A program made the position numbers and the translations under genes. From an uncultured bacterium (GTDB lineage Bacteria; Fidelibacterota; Marinisomatia; Marinisomatales; AB-629-J13), in NCBI GenBank assembly GCA_964518835.1, contig CAZFKU010000004.1, forward strand, positions 1-52,056: a stretch of DNA of 52,056 nucleotides, given 5' to 3'. Positions 19,411-28,423 of the stretch are shown here, piece by piece; the stretch's first letter is position 1; the number at the start of each line of letters is the position of its first letter. The notes under the pieces are model-generated. The model made no database searches. It was given only the letters and a program-made list of their open reading frames with translations, and was not told the origin of the DNA.

Positions 19411-22046
19411 CAGGACTTATACCTGGATTTTAAATCAAACAGCATTTGCAGAGCTTCCAATGGAGTCATGGAATCAATATCTAATCTGTTCAATTCTTCT
19501 TTTAATTTTTTTTCCTCAATATCAAATAATATTTCCTGTGCAACGGACTCCGGTGGATTTTCCTGAAACTGATTTCCTTTAGATTGAGAGATATGTTGTA
19601 TCAGGATTTCATTGGCTCGTTTTAGGATTGACTCCGGAAGTCCCGCCATTTTTGCTACGTGAATTCCGTAACTTTTATCACCCGCCCCGGGAATAATTTT
19701 TCTCAGGAAAATAATTTTATCCTTATATTCCTTTACTTCGGCGTGATAATTAGTCAGCCTGTCCAAAGTATCTTCCAAAACGGTTAACTCATGATAGTGG
19801 GTCGCAAATAATGTTCGAGCAGCAACCTGTGGATTTTCGTGTAAATATTCTGTGATTGCCCATGCAAGAGATAAACCGTCAAATGTTGCTGTCCCCCTGC
19901 CAACCTCATCCAGAAGAATCAGACTGTTTCCCGTGGCATTATTCAGGATATTTGCCGCTTCGATCATTTCCACCAGAAATGTGCTTTCCCCTCCCGCTAA
20001 ATTATCACTGGCTCCCACCCGTGTGAACAGATGGTCAACAATACCTATTTCCGCTTCTTTTGCCGGAACGAAACATCCGATTTGTGCCATAATAACAATG
20101 AGTCCAACCTGCCGTAAATAGGTTGATTTTCCCGCCATATTTGGACCGGTGATTAAATGAATTTGATTTTTTTCTGTGTCAATTGTCAGATTATTGGGTA
20201 TAAACTTTTCAGTGACAGGCAATAATTTTTCCACTACCGGGTGGCGGGATTGTTTCAAATTTATGACGGGTTTGTCCGTAAACTTGGGTTTTACATATTT
20301 ATTCTTTATAGCCAAAAATGAAAAGGTTGTCAAGACATCCAATTTGTTCAAACCTTCCGCATTTTTCTGAATGGAAAGGGCTTCTGATAAAATTTCATCA
20401 CACAATTCATGGAATAATCGGTTTTCGATTTCAGATACTTTTTCTTCTGCGCTGAGGATTTTTTCTTCATATTCCTTTAACTCGGGAATGATGTAACGTT
20501 CTGCATTTACCAGGGTTTGTTTCCGAATATATTCCGACGGCACTTTTTCAAGATGAGTTTTCGTCACTTCAATATAATACCCAAATACCTTGTTATATCC
20601 AATTTTTAAGGATGCAATTTCGGTTCTCTCCCTTTCAGAATGCTGCAATTGTGTAATCCAGTCGGATCCTCCTTTTACCAGTAGTCGCAGTTCATCTAAC
20701 TCAGAATGAATTCCATCAGCAATAACTCCACCTTGCTTTAATAATGCAGGTGCATCCTCTTTGATCTTGGTTTTTATCTTTTCAACCAGTGGTTCAGTTT
20801 TCCCAAACCAACCACTCATGCTGAGGTTTTTCAATGCGTCAGAACTTCTGAGTAATTCTAATATTTTAGTAATAATCTCATAAGTATTTTTCAATCCTAA
20901 TAAGTCCCGGGGAGATGCTTTTAACTTATTAACTCTTCCCAGTATTCTTTCCACATCCGCTGTTTTTCCTAGAAGTTCTCGCAATGATTTGAGAATGGAT
21001 TTTTCATGAGTATATGAATCAACGATGGTGACACGGTCAATTAACCGCTTCATATCCGTCAACGGATTGTGAAGCCATTTTTTCAATAACCTTCCACCTC
21101 CCGATGAAACTGTTTCATCCAGAATACTTGTCATCGTGCCATGTGTTCCTTGTGTAGAGAGGGAAGTGAATATTTCCAGGTTCCTCATAGTAAAACTGTC
21201 CAAACCCATGACGGATTCACGGAAAATTGGTTTTAATTTGGAAATATGGTTTAACGGAGAATTGAAGTTTTGCTTCATTTGATACATCATTGCACCGGCA
21301 GCACTTATACCCAATCTAAATTTTTCACATCCAAACCCTTTCAAAGATGGAGTGTTAAAATGATCGGTTAAAAGTCGGTATCCATGATCGTAATCAAATA
21401 TCCAGTCCTCTACACGAGAAATGAACGGTTTTAGTTGTGTGTACCAATCAGCTGTGATATAAGGTTGAGAATCCGCAATGAGTATTTCCTTCGGAGCAAA
21501 TTGACGAAGGTCTTCACTCAAATTATTTACCGGTGATTCACCAAGATAAAACTCACCTGTAGATTGATCTAAAACAGAATAGCCAGCATTGTCTTTTGAA
21601 AATGACAAAGAAACGATAAAATTATTTGATTTTTGAAATGATTGTTCACCCGGTACCAATGTTCCGGGAGATATAACCTCAATCACCTCACGTTTTACAA
21701 TACCTTTTGATAATTTGGGATCTTCCACCTGTTCACAAATGGCTACCTTATGACCGGCATTCACAATTTTAGGAAGATAATTATCCAATGCATGATGGGG
21801 AAATCCTGCTAATGGAACATCAGCAGCAGCTCCGTTCGCTCTTTTTGTCAATACAATTCCAAGGATTTTAGCAGTGATTTTTGCATCCTCATTAAAGGTT
21901 TCAAAAAAATCACCCATTCTGAACAATACAATACTGTCAGGATATTTTGATTTTACATCACCGTATTGCCTCATGAGAGGTGTACCGGAAGAAAAATTCT
22001 CATTGCTTTTTCCTTTTGACCCTTGTCTAACAGCCGGATTTTTCAT
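19410..22046 (-). CDS. mutS: DNA mismatch repair protein MutS
   Basis: TPLMRQY, FRMGDFFETF (F-x-E), TGPNMAGKSTYLRQ, STFLVEM, DEVGRGT, FATHYHEL, SYGIHVA. Confidence 0.98.
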   Translation of the reverse strand: MKNPAVRQGSKGKSNENFSSGTPLMRQYGDVKSKYPDSIVLFRMGDFFETFNEDAKITAKILGIVLTKRANGAAADVPLAGFPHHALDNYLPKIVNAGHKVAICEQVEDPKLSKGIVKREVIEVISPGTLVPGEQSFQKSNNFIVSLSFSKDNAGYSVLDQSTGEFYLGESPVNNLSEDLRQFAPKEILIADSQPYITADWYTQLKPFISRVEDWIFDYDHGYRLLTDHFNTPSLKGFGCEKFRLGISAAGAMMYQMKQNFNSPLNHISKLKPIFRESVMGLDSFTMRNLEIFTSLSTQGTHGTMTSILDETVSSGGGRLLKKWLHNPLTDMKRLIDRVTIVDSYTHEKSILKSLRELLGKTADVERILGRVNKLKASPRDLLGLKNTYEIITKILELLRSSDALKNLSMSGWFGKTEPLVEKIKTKIKEDAPALLKQGGVIADGIHSELDELRLLVKGGSDWITQLQHSERERTEIASLKIGYNKVFGYYIEVTKTHLEKVPSEYIRKQTLVNAERYIIPELKEYEEKILSAEEKVSEIENRLFHELCDEILSEALSIQKNAEGLNKLDVLTTFSFLAIKNKYVKPKFTDKPVINLKQSRHPVVEKLLPVTEKFIPNNLTIDTEKNQIHLITGPNMAGKSTYLRQVGLIVIMAQIGCFVPAKEAEIGIVDHLFTRVGASDNLAGGESTFLVEMIEAANILNNATGNSLILLDEVGRGTATFDGLSLAWAITEYLHENPQVAARTLFATHYHELTVLEDTLDRLTNYHAEVKEYKDKIIFLRKIIPGAGDKSYGIHVAKMAGLPESILKRANEILIQHISQSKGNQFQENPPESVAQEILFDIEEKKLKEELNRLDIDSMTPLEALQMLFDLKSRYKS

Positions 22047-22060
22047 AGATGAAATCGGAA

Positions 22061-23941
22061 TTATATCCGTTGGAATTTGGAAGGAAACTTTGTTCCTACA
22101 ATGCGTTCATTTCCTCTGCGGAATGTGATTCCGGTTTTATCTAAATACTCAAGTAAAGGAATGGCAGTTTTTCGTGTTAGATTCGTCATGGATTTAAATT
22201 CACCGACACTTAATATTTCATTTGAATTATAGTGATCATCAAGTTTGTCAATCAACTGATCTAAATCCGATTGACTCATCCACAAATGGTCGGATATATC
22301 AATGGAATTTCCCCGACGTTTTAATATATGCAGTAATTCGAGAATTTGTTCAGATCCACACTGGATTTTTTCTGTCAGTTCTTTAACAGAAACCGGAAGG
22401 AATTTCATTTGGGAAAAAATATGTTTAATCTTTTCCATATTTTCTTTATCCTGGTTTTTCAATTCCATCTTATGAGATTTTAAAGCCAGTCCACCATTTT
22501 GAAATGTGATTTCCTTTCCGTCTAAATTTGAGATAATGTAATCATGCCATGGTCTGCTAAATCCCAATTCGCTCCGCACTGATTCCGAATTAATAACCCC
22601 GCGATATGGATTTTTCTTATGAAAAGCAGTTATAAATTTTATCATCGCTTTTTTTGAACTGTCAACACCTTCTTTTGAAAAAACCATTTCATTTTCGTGT
22701 ATCAAGTGATTGGATTCGATCCAACCGTGAATTAATTTCCTTGATTTTGAGAATTTATCAGCCCAATATGTTTCTGATTTTGGAGTATTTTTAGAATTAT
22801 GAATAAATTGGACGAAACGTTCGGTCTTCATCACTGAAAGCTGTTGACATTGAGACTTTATATTTTTCCAGAACCCTTGCGGATCTATTTCCAAGATTTT
22901 ACCTCCACCGATTGTATCCATGGGAGAATAAGTACGGAGAATAAAACGATCATCCAATGCAATGCTTACCGGTTTATCAAATTCCAAAAACGCATTTATA
23001 GATTCCCCCGCTACAATAGTTTTGGGAATATAAATAATTTTTGCCAAAGATTCCGATGTGCCGGAATGTATCCGAATCCTTTGCTGTGCTTTTAATTTCC
23101 ATTTTGTTGTTTTAATTAAATTAATATTTACGATTGCTCGATTAGATGCATGAAGGGAACGAGGTGTTGCAAGTTCGGACCCCCGCCAGATTTGGGTCAA
23201 TTCAATTCCTGTTAAATTTATGGCGGCTCTGTCCCCTATTGATACAACATTAACTGCTGCACCATGACTCTGGAGTCCCCGTACTTTTCCCATTTGATTT
23301 GAGGGTTGCACTCCAACCATGGACCCTATTTTCAAAACTCCCGAAAGTACCGTCCCGGTAACAATTAATCCATATCCGGTTTTTTGAAAGACACGATCAA
23401 CCTGTAATCTGAATATTTCATCATCGTGGGTTTTACCTTTTTCTCCCTCTAAAGTAGTGAGCAGATCATGTAATTCCGTAATACCTTCATTTTTATGAAC
23501 TGAAGTCTTAATAATGGGTTTACCCTCTAAAACGGTGTCTTTTGTTTTTTCCCTGATTTCATCTTTTACCAATTCCACCCATTGTACGTCTTGAATCAAA
23601 TCTGATTTTGTTAACACAACAACACCATCAGGAATCCCCAGTAAATCGATGATGTGTAAATGCTCCATAGTCTGAGGCATGATTCCATCATCCAATGCAA
23701 TCGTTAAAATTACAAAGTCAATGGTGGAAACACCGGCTACCATATTCCGTATGAACCGTTCATGACCGGGGACATCTATGATGGTAATTCGGTCGTTTAA
23801 AAATGCAAATCCCAAGTCAATGGTCATTCCACGTTTCTGTTCTTCTGCCAGTTTATCCGTGTCTATCCCGGTCAAGGCTTTCACGAGAGCTGTCTTACCG
23901 TGATCAATATGACCTGCAGTGCCGATGACGATCTGATTCAT
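22061..23941 (-). CDS. selB: Selenocysteine-specific elongation factor
   Basis: GTAGHIDHGKT, EE.KRGMTIDLGFA, DVPGHERF, TIGGG, C-terminal winged helix TRK.AIPLLEYLD; coupled to selA. Confidence 0.95.
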   Translation of the reverse strand: MNQIVIGTAGHIDHGKTALVKALTGIDTDKLAEEQKRGMTIDLGFAFLNDRITIIDVPGHERFIRNMVAGVSTIDFVILTIALDDGIMPQTMEHLHIIDLLGIPDGVVVLTKSDLIQDVQWVELVKDEIREKTKDTVLEGKPIIKTSVHKNEGITELHDLLTTLEGEKGKTHDDEIFRLQVDRVFQKTGYGLIVTGTVLSGVLKIGSMVGVQPSNQMGKVRGLQSHGAAVNVVSIGDRAAINLTGIELTQIWRGSELATPRSLHASNRAIVNINLIKTTKWKLKAQQRIRIHSGTSESLAKIIYIPKTIVAGESINAFLEFDKPVSIALDDRFILRTYSPMDTIGGGKILEIDPQGFWKNIKSQCQQLSVMKTERFVQFIHNSKNTPKSETYWADKFSKSRKLIHGWIESNHLIHENEMVFSKEGVDSSKKAMIKFITAFHKKNPYRGVINSESVRSELGFSRPWHDYIISNLDGKEITFQNGGLALKSHKMELKNQDKENMEKIKHIFSQMKFLPVSVKELTEKIQCGSEQILELLHILKRRGNSIDISDHLWMSQSDLDQLIDKLDDHYNSNEILSVGEFKSMTNLTRKTAIPLLEYLDKTGITFRRGNERIVGTKFPSKFQRI

Positions 23942-25311
23942 GAAAGGTTTTTTTCAATAAGTTGAATGATGATTTTATCCTGTTTAGGCAGAATGGATTT
24001 AAAATCAATATAATATTTGTTGCTATGGATGTAACCGATTAGGGGAGGATTGCCATCCCTGAATTTTTCAGCTAATAGTGTCGGTTTTAATTTTTTGGAA
24101 GAAAATACCAGCGCTGCACTGGGTAGATTCTTCACCGGAAGGGAACCGCTCCCGGCTTCAACTTTTGTTTCCACGGTAGATATACTAAATGACCGGACAA
24201 GATTCCGGGGTAGGCAGTCCAACACCCGATTTACCCGGCCTATCAATTGTTTTCCTGTAGTTGCCAACAATGATAAGGTTAGATTTGGATTTCCTCTTTT
24301 TTTACTCCCCAGTGATTTTAACGTCTCCTCCAAAAGTGAAATTGTAAATTTATCACATCTTATCGTCCGATAAATGGGGTTTTCACCACATTTTTTAATA
24401 ATTTTTTTTGAACCCAGCATTATTCCAGCCTGAGGTCCTCCCAATAATTTATCACCTGAAAAAGTGATGAGTTGGGGGTTGACCTTCATAATGTCCTGCA
24501 CCGGAATTTCTTTGGGAAGCCCCAGATCCGAAATATTTTCCAGAGCACCACTTCCTAAATCCGCCATGACAGGAATCCGTTTTTTCTTACCAATTTCTAC
24601 CAGAGTTTCCAAGGATAAATCCCGGGTGAATCCGTGAATTTTATAATTGGATGTATGAACCCAAAGTAACAAACCTGTATTGGAATTTATTGCATTTTCA
24701 ACATCTTTTCTGTGAGTTCTGTTGGTCGTTCCAACTTCCCTCAATATTCCGTTACTTTTTTCAATGATGTCAGGAATCCTAAATGACCCGCCTATTTCCA
24801 CTTCCTGACCTCTGGATACAATCACCTCTTTATTTTCCGCAATGGTATTTATTCCCAGAAAAACTGCTGCAGCATTATTATTCACAACCAAAGCTGATTC
24901 AGCTCCTGTTACAGCCCTGAAATATTGAGTTACATGAGACTGGCGATTTCCCCTTTTACCGGACTCCAAATTCAATTCTAAATTTGAATATCCTTCCAGT
25001 GTTTTTGAGGCTTTCCTAAGGACTTGATGGTGAATGGGTGCCCGCCCCAAACCTGTATGAAGAACGATTCCCGTTCCATTAATCACAGGTCTTAGGCTCC
25101 CTTGTGTCTTTTCCATTACTGTGGAAACAATAACTTGGATGATCTCTCGTCTGTCCTTTTCTAATATACCTTTTTTTGCATCGGACCTGTAATTAGCTAA
25201 AATATCATTAATCCAAAGAGTCAATATTCTTTGGTCAATATCTGTTAATTGCTTTACCTCAAGTAATACTTCAGATACTGAAGGTAAACTTTTTAGTTGT
25301 ATTTGATTCAT
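23938..25311 (-). CDS. selA: L-seryl-tRNA(Sec) selenium transferase
   Basis: VINGTGIVLHT.LGRA, YSNLE, VNNNAAA, EIGGSFRIPD, EVGTTNRT, FSGDKLLGGPQAG (PLP lysine). Confidence 0.96.
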   Translation of the reverse strand: MNQIQLKSLPSVSEVLLEVKQLTDIDQRILTLWINDILANYRSDAKKGILEKDRREIIQVIVSTVMEKTQGSLRPVINGTGIVLHTGLGRAPIHHQVLRKASKTLEGYSNLELNLESGKRGNRQSHVTQYFRAVTGAESALVVNNNAAAVFLGINTIAENKEVIVSRGQEVEIGGSFRIPDIIEKSNGILREVGTTNRTHRKDVENAINSNTGLLLWVHTSNYKIHGFTRDLSLETLVEIGKKKRIPVMADLGSGALENISDLGLPKEIPVQDIMKVNPQLITFSGDKLLGGPQAGIMLGSKKIIKKCGENPIYRTIRCDKFTISLLEETLKSLGSKKRGNPNLTLSLLATTGKQLIGRVNRVLDCLPRNLVRSFSISTVETKVEAGSGSLPVKNLPSAALVFSSKKLKPTLLAEKFRDGNPPLIGYIHSNKYYIDFKSILPKQDKIIIQLIEKNLS

Positions 25312-25345
25312 TCCAAATTAACGGTAAATACCCACCAAAATATGT

Positions 25346-26518
25346 CTATAATTCTTCCACTTTTCCAATCAAAATCCAACTTAAAATTAAAGCAGGAATT
25401 AAAACAATTCCCATCATCGGAAAAATATATGTTACGGCAAATTTTTCTGCGATAAGTCCCCCAACGGCAGCCGCTCCCGCTCCTATACCGATATTCAGGA
25501 AAAAATTAATTCCATATCCTAATCCACGGTGAGTTGAATGGGTCAGATGGGCAATGAGGGAGTTTGCTACAGGCTGCCAATTAAAATGGATAATTCCCAG
25601 AAGTACAGCTGAACCAATTAACCAATAATTAGAAACCAGCCCCAAAACAAATAGAATAGGGATATTAAACAAAATAACCCAAAACAAGTATTTTGCTAAG
25701 GGGAATCTTTCTCCTGCCCATCCTCCCATGGACTGTCCTACTATACCCGACAATAGAACGAGAGTTGTAAACATTCCACCTCTCATTGTGTCTGAGAAAC
25801 CCTGTAAAACAGTCCGAGTTTCAAATGCAAAATGTGTAGGCATAAATGTTGTAAATCCGGTAAACGTAAATCCCATAAGAACTGAAACCGCATAATAATA
25901 TTTTAAAGCTGGTTTATTAGTTTTACTTTCAATTTTATCTTCCTGAGATTTTGGATAGGGAGTATTTCTCCAGTATTTTGAAGAAATCAGAGTGAACAGA
26001 AACAAAAATAAATTCACTATTGCGATAGTGATATATGCAAATCTCCAGGAAATAAGTTCAGTACACCCGGCGCCTATCACAGGTCCTAATGCAAGTCCCA
26101 ACGAACCGCCAATACCATGAATAGCCATTCCTTTAGACAATTTATTAGAGTGATGGGATATCAATGTCAACCCTGCAGGGTGATATATGCTGGCAAAAAG
26201 TCCTGCAAAAACCAATCCTATAGTCAACGTGAACAATGAATGAGCACCGGCAATGAAGAGTGTCGATATAATCGTCCCGATCTGGTAAACCAGCAACAAA
26301 GTGGATGCACCATATTTTCTTTCTAGAAGACCAGTTGGCAAAGCACCCAAGCCGTACATAAAAGTAGTGACAGAAGCTATCGCCCCCAGAGTGGCAAGTC
26401 CTGTTGAAAATTCATTTTTCAATACCAGCATAATCGTTGGAAAAATGAGCATCATACTGTGAACGCTCATATGTGAACCGGTCGTGATACTTAGAATTAT
26501 TTTCTCTTTATGACTCAA
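25346..26518 (-). CDS. MFS transporter (FSR-like)
   Basis: About 12 hydrophobic segments, YHPAG, G..G.LG.ALGP, G...G..GER; TTG start. Confidence 0.88.
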   Translation of the reverse strand: MSHKEKIILSITTGSHMSVHSMMLIFPTIMLVLKNEFSTGLATLGAIASVTTFMYGLGALPTGLLERKYGASTLLLVYQIGTIISTLFIAGAHSLFTLTIGLVFAGLFASIYHPAGLTLISHHSNKLSKGMAIHGIGGSLGLALGPVIGAGCTELISWRFAYITIAIVNLFLFLFTLISSKYWRNTPYPKSQEDKIESKTNKPALKYYYAVSVLMGFTFTGFTTFMPTHFAFETRTVLQGFSDTMRGGMFTTLVLLSGIVGQSMGGWAGERFPLAKYLFWVILFNIPILFVLGLVSNYWLIGSAVLLGIIHFNWQPVANSLIAHLTHSTHRGLGYGINFFLNIGIGAGAAAVGGLIAEKFAVTYIFPMMGIVLIPALILSWILIGKVEEL

Positions 26519-26540
26519 ATGATATTTCCAGAATCTGGAT

Positions 26541-26582
26541 TAAAAATTAAAAACCCCCACATAGATAAAATATTGTGAGGGT
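26541..26582 (-). terminator. Rho-independent terminator after rplS
   Basis: Minus strand ACCCUCACA-12 nt-UGUGGGGGU (9 bp, one G-U) followed by UUUUAAUUUUU. Confidence 0.75.
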
Positions 26583-26603
26583 AATTTTAGTGAAATCTCC
26601 CGT

Positions 26604-26945
26604 TTATCTCCGTTCCGATATTCGGGCAGCTTTACCTTTTAATTTTCTAAGATAATTTAATTTAGCCCGGCGTACTTTTCCTTTACGTAATACTTTAATT
26701 TTTGCTATCATAGGTGAATGAAGTGGGAATATTCTTTCAACTCCCACACCTCCTGATATTTTCCGCACGGTAAATGACGCTTCTACACTTCCACCTTTTT
26801 TGCTGATCACATCTCCTTGAAATTTCTGAATTCGTTCTTTTCCACCCTCAATAACTCTGTAGTCTATAGAGACCCTGTCACCTGCTCTGAATCGCGGTAG
26901 GTCATCCTTTAAATACTCTTTTGTCACTTCCTGTATTTTATTCAT
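26604..26945 (-). CDS. rplS: 50S ribosomal protein L19
   Basis: [43 protein letters not shown]; start reassigned to ATG 26945 behind GGAG. Confidence 0.97.
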   Translation of the reverse strand: MNKIQEVTKEYLKDDLPRFRAGDRVSIDYRVIEGGKERIQKFQGDVISKKGGSVEASFTVRKISGGVGVERIFPLHSPMIAKIKVLRKGKVRRAKLNYLRKLKGKAARISERR

Positions 26946-27663
26946 GTGATTCTCCATTTCTTGTCGGGGAATTATATTTTTCCCATAAATCTTTCCTTCT
27001 TGCTTCAGTGCGTTCTTCTCTTTTCTTATTCCGCCAGGAATCAATTTGTTTATGATTTCCGTTTAACAATACTTCCGGAACCTGCTCACCGTCAATCTCC
27101 CTGGGTCTTGTATAATAAGGTGCATCCAGAAGTCCATTCATAAAGGAATCTGAGAGCGCTGATTCGTATGAGTTTAGTACACCGGGAATCATCCGGATGA
27201 TACTGTCCAACATAACCATCGAAGACAATTCCCCGCCTGAAATGACATAATCTCCAATGGAAAACTCATGTGTTACATATTTATCAATCACCCGTTCATC
27301 AATCCCTTTATAATGACCACAAAGAAAAATTGTATTTCCCGAACAACTGAATTCCTGAGCCGCCTTTTGTGACCAGATCTCACCTTGAGGTGTGGGATAG
27401 ATAATTTTGACATTATCATATTCCTGCCACGAAGAAATGGTATGATCGATTGCTTTAAAAAATGGTTCTGCCATCATGACCATTCCTCCTCCTCCTCCAT
27501 ATGGTTCATCATCAACCTGACGGTAATTCCCTTCGGTGAAGTTTCGCAGGTTAACAACTTTTATATCTGCTATTCCGTTTTCCACCGATTTTCTGATGAT
27601 TGATTCCTGTATCACCTTATTTACAAGGTCCGGAACCGGTGTTATGATTGCAAAACGTTTCAA
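26938..27663 (-). CDS. trmD: tRNA (guanine-N1)-methyltransferase
   Basis: [49 protein letters not shown]. Confidence 0.97.
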   Translation of the reverse strand: MKRFAIITPVPDLVNKVIQESIIRKSVENGIADIKVVNLRNFTEGNYRQVDDEPYGGGGGMVMMAEPFFKAIDHTISSWQEYDNVKIIYPTPQGEIWSQKAAQEFSCSGNTIFLCGHYKGIDERVIDKYVTHEFSIGDYVISGGELSSMVMLDSIIRMIPGVLNSYESALSDSFMNGLLDAPYYTRPREIDGEQVPEVLLNGNHKQIDSWRNKKREERTEARRKDLWEKYNSPTRNGESHE

Positions 27664-28160
27664 TCCAGTAGTCCTTCCATGGCAGATATAACCAGAGTTT
27701 CACTTTCCCAATCAAGGTGTTGTACGATCTCATGAATGACAGGAACTAGAAATTCCCTTTTTTCTTTCTGAATCACATAAACATCATTTGAAGGCAGCCA
27801 GAGAATTTCTTTTAAAATTCCTACCCATTTGTTTTCTGTGGTCACAACTTCAAATCCGATTAATTCTTCGGAAATCCAATTGATCTGATCATGCTCTGAT
27901 ACACCGGCAAACACAAATTGTCCGATGATTGATTGAGCTGATTTTTTTGTATTCACACCGGAAAAACGATATCTTGGGTGCTTTCCTGATGGAATTATAT
28001 TTTCTAATTCAGTTGCTGTATTTGCAGATTCAGAAAACCCTAAATACAGCGGTTTTTCATCGATATACTCCTCGAAATATCGAGAAAGAGGTTTACACCG
28101 CACTTCTCCATTGAGACCCGACACCTTGGTCACCTTTCCAATTGCAAACAGTTTTTTCAT
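27660..28160 (-). CDS. rimM: Ribosome maturation factor RimM
   Basis: IGKV....GL.GEV, LIG.EV, NDVYV, LVP.I, EGLLD; operon position. Confidence 0.92.
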   Translation of the reverse strand: MKKLFAIGKVTKVSGLNGEVRCKPLSRYFEEYIDEKPLYLGFSESANTATELENIIPSGKHPRYRFSGVNTKKSAQSIIGQFVFAGVSEHDQINWISEELIGFEVVTTENKWVGILKEILWLPSNDVYVIQKEKREFLVPVIHEIVQHLDWESETLVISAMEGLLD

Positions 28161-28165
28161 TAATT

Positions 28166-28402
28166 TTATCTGTCAATTACATCCAGTCTTGCACGTTTGC
28201 CGCCTTCCTTGGCATTTATGGCAAATATGAGAGATCTAATTGCGGAAATGTTCTTTCCTTTTTTACCTATGACTTTGCCGTAGTCGCCCTCACCAACCAT
28301 CAGTTCATAAATAATTCGTTTTTCAGATTCTACTTCATTCACTTCAACTTCGTCCGGTTTATCTACTAACTGTTTTACGACCATTTCAATAAAATCCTTC
28401 AT
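28166..28402 (-). CDS. khpA: KH-domain RNA-binding protein KhpA
   Basis: LVDKPDEV, D.GKVIGKKG (GxxG), AIR; AAGGAG RBS; lies between rpsP and rimM. Confidence 0.93.
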   Translation of the reverse strand: MKDFIEMVVKQLVDKPDEVEVNEVESEKRIIYELMVGEGDYGKVIGKKGKNISAIRSLIFAINAKEGGKRARLDVIDR

Positions 28403-28423
28403 AACGTGTGTCTCCTTTTGGTT

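Noticed and set aside
23930-25311. SelA and SelB both begin MNQI
   Set aside because: The match is only four codons and is most likely chance.
22061-26518. tRNA-Sec, selD or UGA-readthrough selenoproteins near selAB
   Set aside because: The gaps are too small for selC. Genes ending in TGA in this window are full length for their families, and several are simple ATGA overlaps.
26946-27044. N-terminal extension on L19 in the ORF track
   Set aside because: It overlaps trmD; the true start is ATG 26945 with a GGAG RBS.
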